A stretch of 64,000 nucleotides of DNA. Source: an uncultured Bacilli bacterium (GTDB taxonomy: Bacteria > Bacillota_I > Bacilli_A > RF39 > UBA660). Shown here one piece after another: positions 28,268 through 38,898 of the stretch. The translations under genes were made by a program, and so were the position numbers. The stretch covers positions 64,762-128,761 of the forward strand of contig CAKOWI010000002.1 in NCBI GenBank assembly GCA_934122275.1, given 5' to 3'. The notes under the pieces are model-generated. The model had not been told where the DNA came from. It worked only from the letters and a program-made list of their open reading frames with translations, and did not search any database. Numbering within the stretch: position 1 is the first letter of the stretch; every line of letters starts with the position of its first letter.

Positions 28268-28918
28268 ATGGAATATATGATTTTAATTATAAAAACTTTC
28301 TTTTTGTATTTATTAGTTGCATTCATATTTAGGATAATGGGTAAAAGAGAGGTAGGACAATTAGGAACATTTGATTTAGTGGTTTTTATATTAATAGCAG
28401 AGTTAGTAGCAATGGGAATTGAACATAAGAGTAATCTAATTTATTTTTTAACACCAATAGTTATCTTGGTTTTATTGCAATTACTAATAGCAAGATTTTC
28501 TCTTAAGAGTTCAAAATTCAGAAATTTTATAGATGGAAAGCCTACAGTAATAATAAAAAATGGAATCTTGAATTTTAAAGAAATGGTAAATCAAAGGTAT
28601 ACATTAGATGATCTATTATTACAACTTAGAGAAAAAGACGTTAAAAGAATAGATGAAGTAGACTATGCCATTTTAGAAACAAATGGAAAATTATCAGTTT
28701 TCAAAAAGAAAGATAGTGATAATTCATATCCATTACCTATAATACTTGATGGGGAAGTTCAATTTGATAATTTATACATGATAAAAAAAGGAAAAAAGTG
28801 GTTACTTAATGTGTTAATTGAAAAAGATGTAAAGGTAGATGACGTTTTTTATGCTTTTTATAAACAAAAGGAACTATACATAATAAAGAAAAATGATGTT
28901 ACTAATAATGAATTCTAA
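28268..28918 (+). CDS. DUF421 (YetF-like) membrane protein
   Basis: N-terminal two TM segments followed by a soluble domain; 'GKREVGQLGTFDLVVFILIAE' is typical of the family (by memory). Confidence 0.65.
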   Translation: MEYMILIIKTFFLYLLVAFIFRIMGKREVGQLGTFDLVVFILIAELVAMGIEHKSNLIYFLTPIVILVLLQLLIARFSLKSSKFRNFIDGKPTVIIKNGILNFKEMVNQRYTLDDLLLQLREKDVKRIDEVDYAILETNGKLSVFKKKDSDNSYPLPIILDGEVQFDNLYMIKKGKKWLLNVLIEKDVKVDDVFYAFYKQKELYIIKKNDVTNNEF

Positions 28919-29015
28919 TTTGTCATATGTTTGACAAATTATGACAAAATTAATTGAAAATTTATATCTATCATGTTATACTATCGTTAGTGTAGTATGA
29001 TAGGAGGAAATATAA

Positions 29016-29956
29016 TGAAGTTATTTAAAAACAATGTAGGAAGACCATCAAATGAAACCAAGAAAAAAAGAAGGCTGTTTGTATTTGGTACAATTACGTT
29101 ATCAGTAGCAGCAGGATTATTAGTTGCTATGTTAATAAGCAGCATAAGTATAAATAATTTAAGTGGTAAAGCGCTTGGAAATTATTCTGGTGATATTGAT
29201 GGAGATGGATTAGTTACTCAAAAAGATGTAAAAACTATTAGTGATTTTGCTTCAAATCTAAAAAAATATAGTAATGCTCAAAAGAAAATTGCTGATATGA
29301 ATAAGGATGGCAAAATAACAATTATAGATGCTAAATTAGCTCTAAATATAGCAAAACAAAACTATACAATAGTATTTAATAATAGTAGAGCAGATAATGG
29401 CAGTGGAAAGATGGAATCTGTCGAAGTTGGAAAAAATGGCATAAAACTTCCAAAATGTGAATTTACCGAAAAAGGTAAAGTATTTAGAGGTTGGATAATG
29501 CAAAGAAATCAAGATGGAAAATATTACGGAAAAATAGATAATAAATCTGATTGGTATACTAGTAACGAGTTATTTGGTGGCAAAAAAAATGGTGTTTATT
29601 TATTACTTAAAGACGAATCTGCTCTTAATCCTTTAACTAAAAAGGTAAAAGCTGGAACTAAAATTACATTATATGCTACTTGGGAAGATGCGAAAAATGG
29701 ATCAAAATCAAATTCAAAAAGTTCTTCTAAATCAAATAGTAAAAACAGTTCTAATACAAAAAAAGTTAATAAAAACTCTTCGAATAATGGTGGTAGCCAA
29801 AGAAGATGTGAAAACTCTGGGAAATATTGGTATAAGGGTAAGTGTTATTCTAAGAAACCAAAAGTTTCAACAAACTGTCCAGCTATAAAAGATCAAAAAA
29901 GCTGTGATGGTTACATAAATTGTAAATGGGGATTTGGAAACTGTAAAACAGTATAA
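29016..29956 (+). CDS. Membrane-anchored protein with dockerin-like duplicated Ca-binding loops and Cys-rich C-terminus
   Basis: 'GDIDGDGLVTQKDV' and 'DMNKDGKITIIDAKLAL' are paired DxDxDG loops; 8 Cys fall in the last 50 aa. The ATG at 29016 has RBS 'ggagg'. Confidence 0.6.
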
Positions 29957-29957
29957 C

Positions 29958-29985
29958 AAAAGATGCTACGGGTAGCATCTTTTTA
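29958..29985 (+). terminator. Rho-independent terminator
   Basis: aaagatgctac-ggg-tagcatcttttt. Confidence 0.65.
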
Positions 29986-30048
29986 AGTTAATTTCTTTGT
30001 TTATTATTGTTAATTGTGGTATAATTCTTATTGTAAGGAAGGGGTTCT

Positions 30049-30906
30049 ATGACGGATAAAGAAAAAAGTATAAATGATGCTTTAAATGATATATTTGGTG
30101 ATGACTTTTTAGAATTTGAAACTAATGATAAAAGTGAAGATGATAATAAAGATCTCGGTTTTAATATTAATACTAATGACATTGAATCAAATAATGATAA
30201 AAATATAGTATTTGAAGATTACGATATTAGTGATACAGATATTACTAGTAATGAGATTAAAAATGATGAAGTTGCTTACGAAACTAATTCTATTAATAAT
30301 GAAGAAAATGTAGATATAAATAATACTACTTATAATAATAGAAAGGATTTAATCGATATTAAGTCTAATGATACTATGATAGATGTAAGTAATAATTCTA
30401 ATAAGAAGAGTAAAAAGTATATAATGTACATAATTATTGCAATGGTATTTATAGTTTTGATTGCACTTTCTATAATTAAACTTAATACGAGTTTTGAGAA
30501 AAAAGAATATTGTTATTACGAAACTAAAGATGAAGGATATAGTTTAACTGATGAATACACCATTTCATATAAAGGAAATAAACTATTATACATTGAAGGA
30601 ACATATGTATATAATGCACTAAATGATGAGTATAAAAATCAAATAGAATATATAAAAGATGAAAAGTTACCAGTAATCGTTAATTCAAATGGTATGTCTG
30701 GATTTACACATATTTATGAGATAGGTGAAGATACTTTAAAAATAAATAGTTATTATGATATTTTGTCAATTGATTTTAGTTTGGTTAATAAAAATGATAA
30801 TAAATCTAATCCAATAAGTTATGTTAATTTAAAGTCTAATACAACTTATAAAGATTTAAAAGAAGATTTGGAAAAAAATGGTTATAAATGTACACCAAGT
30901 AAATAA
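30049..30906 (+). CDS. Hypothetical single-pass membrane protein with acidic, low-complexity N-terminus
   Basis: 285 aa; TM helix 'YIMYIIIAMVFIVLIALSII'. Confidence 0.5.
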   Translation: MTDKEKSINDALNDIFGDDFLEFETNDKSEDDNKDLGFNINTNDIESNNDKNIVFEDYDISDTDITSNEIKNDEVAYETNSINNEENVDINNTTYNNRKDLIDIKSNDTMIDVSNNSNKKSKKYIMYIIIAMVFIVLIALSIIKLNTSFEKKEYCYYETKDEGYSLTDEYTISYKGNKLLYIEGTYVYNALNDEYKNQIEYIKDEKLPVIVNSNGMSGFTHIYEIGEDTLKINSYYDILSIDFSLVNKNDNKSNPISYVNLKSNTTYKDLKEDLEKNGYKCTPSK

Positions 30907-30954
30907 AAAATACTTTAATATTGAATTTTTATGATATAATACACTTTAAAGGAG

Positions 30955-32469
30955 TTGATTAACTTGAGAGAGTTTACAGAGCAAGAATTAGTAAGAAGAC
31001 AAAAAGCAGAAAAAATAAGAGAGTTAGGTATTGATCCTTTTGGACAAAGATTTGATAGAACTGCCTTTGCTTCTGAAATTAAAGATAAGTATAAAGATGT
31101 TGCTCATGATGATTTTGAGAATATAAATGATGAGGTTATAGTAGCAGGTAGAATAATGTTTATTAGAAAAATGGGTAAAGCTTCATTTTTCTCATTAAAA
31201 GATAAGACTGGGCCAATTCAAATATATATATCAATAAATGATATAGGTGAAGATAGTTATAACTTATTTAAGACAGCAGATTTAGGTGATATAGTTGGCG
31301 TTAGAGGACGTGTTATGAAAACTAAAACTGGTGAATTAACCATAAAATGTTTAGAATATACACCTTTAGTAAAAGCGTTAAGACCGCTTCCTGAAAAATT
31401 TCACGGATTAACTGATAAGGAAGAAAGATATAGAAGACGTTATGTTGACTTAATTATGAATGATGATGCAAGACGTGTTGCATTTATGAGACCAAAGATA
31501 ATTAGATGTATACAAAATTTCTTAGATAATAGAGGCTTTGTTGAAGTTGAAACACCAATTCTTACAACCCTTTTAACCGGTGCTGCTGCAAGACCATTTG
31601 TTACACATCATAATGCTCAAGACTTAGATATGTATTTAAGAATTGCTTTGGAGCTTAACTTAAAGAGATTATTAGTAGGTGGTATGGAGTCTGTTTATGA
31701 AATAGGTCGTACATTTAGAAATGAAGGAATGGATATGCAACATAATCCTGAATTTACTATGATGGAAGTATATCAAGCATATTCTAATTTAGAGGGTATG
31801 ATGGATTTAACAGAAGAAATGTATCAAACTATTGCAAATGAAATATGTGGTAAGACTACGTTTAATTATTTAGGGTGTGAAATAGACTTATCTGGTAAAT
31901 GGAAAAGACTTAGTATGGCTGATGCAATATTAGAAAAAACAGGAATAGATTTTAGAAAAATAACTGGCGCTAATGAAGCTTTAAAATTAGCCGAAGAACA
32001 TGAAATAGAAGTTCAAGAACATGAGAAAACAGTAGGACACATTATGAATCTATTCTTTGAAAAATACGTTGAAGAAACACTTATACAACCAACTTTCTTA
32101 TATGGTCATCCAATTGAAATATCTCCGCTTACTAAAAAGAATCCTGAAGATCCAAGATTTGTTGATCGTTTTGAGTTATTTATAGCAGGACATGAATGTG
32201 CGAATGCATATACTGAATTAAATGATCCTATTGATCAGTTAGAAAGATTTAAAGAACAATTAAAAGAAAAAGATCTAGGTAATGATGAAGCTAACGATAT
32301 TGATATGGACTTTATAGAAGCATTAGAATATGGTATGCCTCCAGCAGGTGGTATAGGGTATGGAATAGATAGATTAATAATGTTATTTACAGAACAACAA
32401 TCTATACGTGATGTATTATTGTTTCCACTTATGAAACCAGAACAATCTAAATTGAAGGAAGAAGAATAA
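30955..32469 (+). CDS. lysS: Lysine--tRNA ligase (class II)
   Basis: Anticodon-binding OB fold, class II motifs 'FRNEG', 'GGIGYGIDRL'; TTG start with RBS 'aaaggag'. Confidence 0.95.
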   Translation: MINLREFTEQELVRRQKAEKIRELGIDPFGQRFDRTAFASEIKDKYKDVAHDDFENINDEVIVAGRIMFIRKMGKASFFSLKDKTGPIQIYISINDIGEDSYNLFKTADLGDIVGVRGRVMKTKTGELTIKCLEYTPLVKALRPLPEKFHGLTDKEERYRRRYVDLIMNDDARRVAFMRPKIIRCIQNFLDNRGFVEVETPILTTLLTGAAARPFVTHHNAQDLDMYLRIALELNLKRLLVGGMESVYEIGRTFRNEGMDMQHNPEFTMMEVYQAYSNLEGMMDLTEEMYQTIANEICGKTTFNYLGCEIDLSGKWKRLSMADAILEKTGIDFRKITGANEALKLAEEHEIEVQEHEKTVGHIMNLFFEKYVEETLIQPTFLYGHPIEISPLTKKNPEDPRFVDRFELFIAGHECANAYTELNDPIDQLERFKEQLKEKDLGNDEANDIDMDFIEALEYGMPPAGGIGYGIDRLIMLFTEQQSIRDVLLFPLMKPEQSKLKEEE

Positions 32470-32545
32470 TTTCTTCTTTTTTTCTGTTTTAAAGATAAAA
32501 AATATGATATAATTATATACATAATGAATTGTGAAGGAGTATTTT

Positions 32546-33178
32546 ATGTTAATAGGTTTTTATGGAGCATCAGTTATTTTAACTTATGTTGGTTTAAGTT
32601 TTTCTATAGTTGGTATGGCTTTTGCTTTTAGTGGGCATATTCCAACAGCTATAATGTGTCTTATAATAGCAGGTGTTTGTGATATGTTTGATGGTACGAT
32701 AGCAAGAGCTTGTAAAAGAACTGATAAGGAAAAGAAATTTGGTATACAATTAGATTCACTAGTAGATGTCGTATCATTTGGTGTATTTCCTATAGTTATT
32801 GGAATATGCATGAATTTTACTAGTAAATTGTGTATTTTTTGCTATGTTGTATATGCTTTAGCAGCAGTAATTAGACTTGCATATTTTAATGTTGTTGCAG
32901 AAGAAAGAAGTTTTTTAATAAAGAAAAATAAAGAAAAGGTGTCATTTTATTATGGACTTCCAGTTACTAGTATTGCAATTATTTTACCATTTGTTTATAA
33001 TCTAAACATTTTTCTAAATCCAATTGTTTTTGAAAGAGCATATCCACTTATGATGCTTATGACTGCATTATTATTTGTTCTTAATATAAGAATTAAAAAG
33101 CCAACTGGAATATGGTATGTTGTATGTTCAATTTTAGCAGTAATTGAAATTGCAATTATATCAGCTGCAATGAGATAA
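32546..33178 (+). CDS. pssA: CDP-diacylglycerol--serine O-phosphatidyltransferase
   Basis: CDP-alcohol phosphatidyltransferase motif 'DMFDGTIARA...GIQLDSLVDVVSFG'. Confidence 0.85.
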   Translation: MLIGFYGASVILTYVGLSFSIVGMAFAFSGHIPTAIMCLIIAGVCDMFDGTIARACKRTDKEKKFGIQLDSLVDVVSFGVFPIVIGICMNFTSKLCIFCYVVYALAAVIRLAYFNVVAEERSFLIKKNKEKVSFYYGLPVTSIAIILPFVYNLNIFLNPIVFERAYPLMMLMTALLFVLNIRIKKPTGIWYVVCSILAVIEIAIISAAMR

Positions 33179-34005
33179 TGAAAAATCAGTATAGGATATT
33201 AAATTTTTTATATGATACTAAAATAGGAAGAATAATTTTAAAACCAATGGTATCAAGTAAAAGGTTTTCTAATTTTGTTGCATACTTTATTGATAGAAAA
33301 ATATCAAAATTATTTATAAAACCGTTTATAAAAAAGAATGGAATTAATATGGATGATTTCAAGGATGAAAAGTATGATAGTTTTAATGATTTTTTCACTA
33401 GAAAAATAAAAAAGAATAGAAGACCAATTTCAAAGGATAACAACACTTTTCTAGCACCATGTGATTCTAAATTAACTTGCTATAAGATAGATGATAAATT
33501 ATTGTTTAAAGTAAAAAATAGCACTTACAGTGTAGAATCATTGATTAATAATAAAACTATAGCAAAAGAGTTTAACGGTGGCTATGCACTTGTTTTTAGG
33601 CTATCTCCAGATGATTATCATAGATATATGTATATTGACGATGGAGTAATTAATGATAATTACAAGATTGATGGAATCTTTAATACGGTTAATCCTATAG
33701 TATATGATAAGCATATGGTATTTAAAGAAAATCAAAGAGAGTGTACTTATGTTAATACTAAAAACTTTGGTAAAATAATGTATATAGAAGTTGGAGCATT
33801 ATTAGTTGGTAAGATAGTAAATGCTAAGAATAGTGGTTCTTTTAAAAGGTCAGAAGAAAAGGGATACTTTATGTATGGAGGATCAACTGTTATTTTGCTT
33901 ATAGAAAAAAATAAAGTTAAAATAAATAATAATATTCTAACGATGTCTAAAGAAGGAAAAGAGATGATTGTTAAATACGGGGAGACTATTGGTTATAAAA
34001 TCTAA
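33178..34005 (+). CDS. psd: Phosphatidylserine decarboxylase proenzyme
   Basis: Self-cleavage site 'YGGST' near the C-terminus; start overlaps the pssA stop. Confidence 0.85.
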   Translation: MKNQYRILNFLYDTKIGRIILKPMVSSKRFSNFVAYFIDRKISKLFIKPFIKKNGINMDDFKDEKYDSFNDFFTRKIKKNRRPISKDNNTFLAPCDSKLTCYKIDDKLLFKVKNSTYSVESLINNKTIAKEFNGGYALVFRLSPDDYHRYMYIDDGVINDNYKIDGIFNTVNPIVYDKHMVFKENQRECTYVNTKNFGKIMYIEVGALLVGKIVNAKNSGSFKRSEEKGYFMYGGSTVILLIEKNKVKINNNILTMSKEGKEMIVKYGETIGYKI

Positions 34006-34022
34006 TTAATAAGGAGCGTTAT

Positions 34023-34775
34023 ATGGAAGATAAAAATAATGACATAAAACAAGAAGAGTTAGATAGTGAAAAGGAAATAATGGAACCTGAAAATGTTACT
34101 AGAGAGATTAATTTAGATGAATTATATGATGGTGCAATAAATAATACGGTAGTAATTGATCCTATCACTAAAGATGAAATATTAGTTGAAACTAAAAAGT
34201 CTAATCGAAAAATAATTGGTATTTTATTTGCTGTGTTTATATTACTTATTTTATATTTTGTAAATAATAAGCTTGATGTTAATAAAAAGAATGCTACTGT
34301 TGAACCTAATACGTCTACAACGCCTGTTATTACTACCAAAAAAGAAGTATCTAAAGGAGTGTTAAAATGTAATTATACATCTACAAGTTCTTCTGAAACT
34401 CAAAATGCTACTTTTGAAGCAAATTATGAAGATGAAACTTTAATTGATAGCACATTTAATTACACTTTAATGTTAATTGGTGATGTTTCCTCTGATATAT
34501 CAGAAAGTCTAAAAAAAGAATATGAAGATTTATATATAAATAATGTTTCGGTAGAGGGAATATCAACAACGTTTGAAAAGGTTGATAAAGGTTTTGCCTT
34601 TAGTTCAAAAGTAACATATAAAGGAACTGCTCTTGATAAGATAACCACACAAGATGGTAAGACTATGTTATACGTTAAACCAAATAGTGATGATACATTA
34701 AAAGGTATTCAAGAGTCATATACAAATAAAGGATATAGCTGTAGTTTATTATCTAGTACTAAGGATGGTGAGTAA
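34023..34775 (+). CDS. Hypothetical secreted/membrane-anchored protein
   Basis: 250 aa; acidic N-terminus, one TM helix, Ser/Thr-rich extracellular part. Confidence 0.5.
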   Translation: MEDKNNDIKQEELDSEKEIMEPENVTREINLDELYDGAINNTVVIDPITKDEILVETKKSNRKIIGILFAVFILLILYFVNNKLDVNKKNATVEPNTSTTPVITTKKEVSKGVLKCNYTSTSSSETQNATFEANYEDETLIDSTFNYTLMLIGDVSSDISESLKKEYEDLYINNVSVEGISTTFEKVDKGFAFSSKVTYKGTALDKITTQDGKTMLYVKPNSDDTLKGIQESYTNKGYSCSLLSSTKDGE

Positions 34776-34980
34776 TATTATGAAAAATGAGGATAAGAAA
34801 AAACTAGAAGAAAGTTATAAAAGAATAAAAGTTGCTAAAAAAATTCTAATTGGTATAGACGTTTTGGCACTTATACTTCTTATTATTCAAATAGTTATGA
34901 AAGAGGTGTCAATACCATCTTACATAGTACTTATAGTGTGTAATATTTTAGTATTTTTAGTAAAACAAAAAGAAGAATAA
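34765..34980 (+). CDS. Small membrane protein
   Basis: 71 aa with two hydrophobic helices; start overlaps the preceding stop. Confidence 0.4.
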   Translation: MVSNIMKNEDKKKLEESYKRIKVAKKILIGIDVLALILLIIQIVMKEVSIPSYIVLIVCNILVFLVKQKEE

Positions 34981-34989
34981 TTAAATTCT

Positions 34990-35305
34990 TTTTTTAGAAT
35001 GAAGGCAAAAATGTTTTTTCTTAAAATGAATAAAAAAAACTAAGGAAAAGGTAATCGGAAGGATCATAAGATTTGATGTAGAAAATAATAAACATTAACC
35101 AGTATTCGAATTTGAAACTTTAAATGGACAAAAAATGATATTGAGATATAAACCAAAAGAAGCAGATATTGAAGAACCAAGTTTAGAAGATGTTTACATA
35201 GGATCATTTGTAAATGAAAAATTAAAAGAACCATTACCTATTGAAAATATTAAAATTAAATATGTTGTAGAAGATCCATCAGATTTTCTTCCTAGACGGG
35301 TTTAA
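34990..35305 (+). pseudogene. Possible decayed small gene (three consecutive frames)
   Basis: 'MFFLKMNKKN' / 'KEKVIGRIIRFDVENNKH' / 'PVFEFETLNGQKMILRYKPKEADIEEPSLEDVYIGSFVNEKLKEPLPIENIKIKYVVEDPSDFLPRRV' are joined by frame changes at A-runs. Confidence 0.3.
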
Positions 35306-35363
35306 AAAACAATTAAGCAATCAAAAAAGATTGCTTTTAATTTATCATAAAAAATAAAAATAT

Positions 35364-35406
35364 TTAGCACTCTGGTATTGACATTGCTAATGATACATAT
35401 TATAAT
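35364..35406 (+). promoter_or_regulatory. hrcA promoter (TTGACA-17-TATAAT) overlapping a CIRCE-like inverted repeat
   Basis: TTAGCACTC-tggtattga-CATTGCTAA against the consensus TTAGCACTC-N9-GAGTGCTAA (right arm 7/9); -35 at 35378-35383, -10 at 35401-35406. Confidence 0.55.
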
Positions 35407-35436
35407 GTATGTAGGCTTAAGAAAGAAAGGTGATGT

Positions 35437-36429
35437 ATGATAACAGATAGACAAAAGAGGCTTCTTAAACTTATTGTTGAAGAATATATTAAAACAGCAG
35501 TACCCGTCGGATCAAAGGGTCTGTGTGAAAAGCTTAAATGTTCATCAGCAACAATAAGAAATGAGATGGCTACGTTAGAAGATCTCGGTTTTTTAGAGAA
35601 AACTCATACATCATCAGGTAGAGTTCCAAGCGAATCCGGATATAGATTTTATGTAGATAATTTAATGGAACCTAAAAAAATGTCTGGTCAAGATGTACTT
35701 AATCTTCAAAAAATATTTAATAATAAACAGCTAGCATTATCAGATGTAATTACAAGGAGTCTAGAAATAATCTCTGAAATTACTAATTGCACTTCTGTTG
35801 TATTAGGACGTGACAGTTCTAATAATAATTTAAAACAAGTAGAAGTTGTACCACTTAGTAGTGAAAGGGTAATTGCAATAGTAATTACTGATAAAGGACA
35901 TATAGAACATAAAGAAATTAATATAGGTAAAAACGTAGAGCCTAATGATCTTAAGAAGATTATTGATCTAATAAACAAATTATTAGTTGGTACACCAATT
36001 AATGAAATAAGTGCAAAGCTTGAGTTTGAAATTAAACCTATAATTGGTAATTATGTTAAGTCTCATGAGGCGTTGTACCAAGCATTTTATAATGCATTTA
36101 ATGAATTTTCGTTTAAGAGTCATATGCAAATGCAAGGTAGAACTAAACTTCTTGATTATAGAGAGTTTGATGATGTTAATAAAGCTAAAGTGTTATTAAA
36201 GAAATTTGAAGATAATGATATGATAAAAAACATTAAAGCCGAAAATAATGATATAAAAGTTTATATTGGTCATGAAAATAATTTTGATGATGATGTATCA
36301 ATTATTAAAACTAAGTACATAACTAATTCTGAAGAGGGTACTATTGCAATAGTAGGTCCTAAAAGAATGAATTATGAAAAAGTAGTTTCACTACTTGAAT
36401 ACATCAAAGAAAACATAGAAAGGCAATAG
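35437..36429 (+). CDS. hrcA: Heat-inducible transcription repressor HrcA
   Basis: 'TDRQKRLLKLIVEEYIKTAVPVGSK' winged-helix start; 330 aa; heads the grpE-dnaK operon. Confidence 0.92.
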   Translation: MITDRQKRLLKLIVEEYIKTAVPVGSKGLCEKLKCSSATIRNEMATLEDLGFLEKTHTSSGRVPSESGYRFYVDNLMEPKKMSGQDVLNLQKIFNNKQLALSDVITRSLEIISEITNCTSVVLGRDSSNNNLKQVEVVPLSSERVIAIVITDKGHIEHKEINIGKNVEPNDLKKIIDLINKLLVGTPINEISAKLEFEIKPIIGNYVKSHEALYQAFYNAFNEFSFKSHMQMQGRTKLLDYREFDDVNKAKVLLKKFEDNDMIKNIKAENNDIKVYIGHENNFDDDVSIIKTKYITNSEEGTIAIVGPKRMNYEKVVSLLEYIKENIERQ

Positions 36430-36430
36430 T

Positions 36431-36991
36431 ATGAGTAAAGAAAAAACTAAAGAAGAAACTATTACTAAAGAATGTAAGAAATGTAAAGATAAAAAGGAAA
36501 ATAAAGAGCCTAAAGAAGAATTCATAAAGCTTACTAAAGAAGAAGTAGAAGCTATGAATAAAAAAATTAATGATTCTGAAGAAAAAGCTTTAAGAGCTAG
36601 TGCAGAACTTATTAATTATAGAAAAAGGAAAGATGAAGAAACAGAAAAAATACTTAAGTATTGTAATGAAGATTTAGTTTTGGAAATCTTGCCTGTACTT
36701 GATAATTTTGATAGAGCTATGAATATAGGAAATAAAGAAATATCTGATGAATTAAATCAGTATTTAAATGGTATGAAAATGATACAAAAAGGTCTTATCG
36801 CAGCTCTTTTAAAGTTTGAAGTAAAAGAAATAGATTCTTTAGATAAAAAGTTTGATCCTAAATATCATCAAGCTGTTATGAAAGAATCTGATCCTAATAA
36901 GGAAAAAGAAATTATCTTAGAGGTATATCAGAAAGGATATATGCTTAAAGATAAAGTAATTAGACCAGCAATGGTAAAAGTAAATGATTAA
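36431..36991 (+). CDS. grpE: Nucleotide exchange factor GrpE
   Basis: Coiled-coil N-terminus, 'ELINYRKR', C-terminal beta domain 'VIRPAMVKV'. Confidence 0.9.
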   Translation: MSKEKTKEETITKECKKCKDKKENKEPKEEFIKLTKEEVEAMNKKINDSEEKALRASAELINYRKRKDEETEKILKYCNEDLVLEILPVLDNFDRAMNIGNKEISDELNQYLNGMKMIQKGLIAALLKFEVKEIDSLDKKFDPKYHQAVMKESDPNKEKEIILEVYQKGYMLKDKVIRPAMVKVND

Positions 36992-36994
36992 TGA

Positions 36995-38833
<1,839 letters not shown>

Positions 38834-38898
38834 TAAAAGAATAAAAGTAGTAAAGTTCTAGTTAATCTAGAACTTTATGCTTAATTAAAGGAGAAAAT

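Noticed and set aside
30049-30906. Acidic Asn/Asp/Glu-rich N-terminal half of the 30049 ORF as a possible tandem-repeat or CRISPR-like feature
   Set aside because: This is compositional low complexity within a coding frame (the AT-rich codons aat/gat/gaa), not a periodic DNA repeat.
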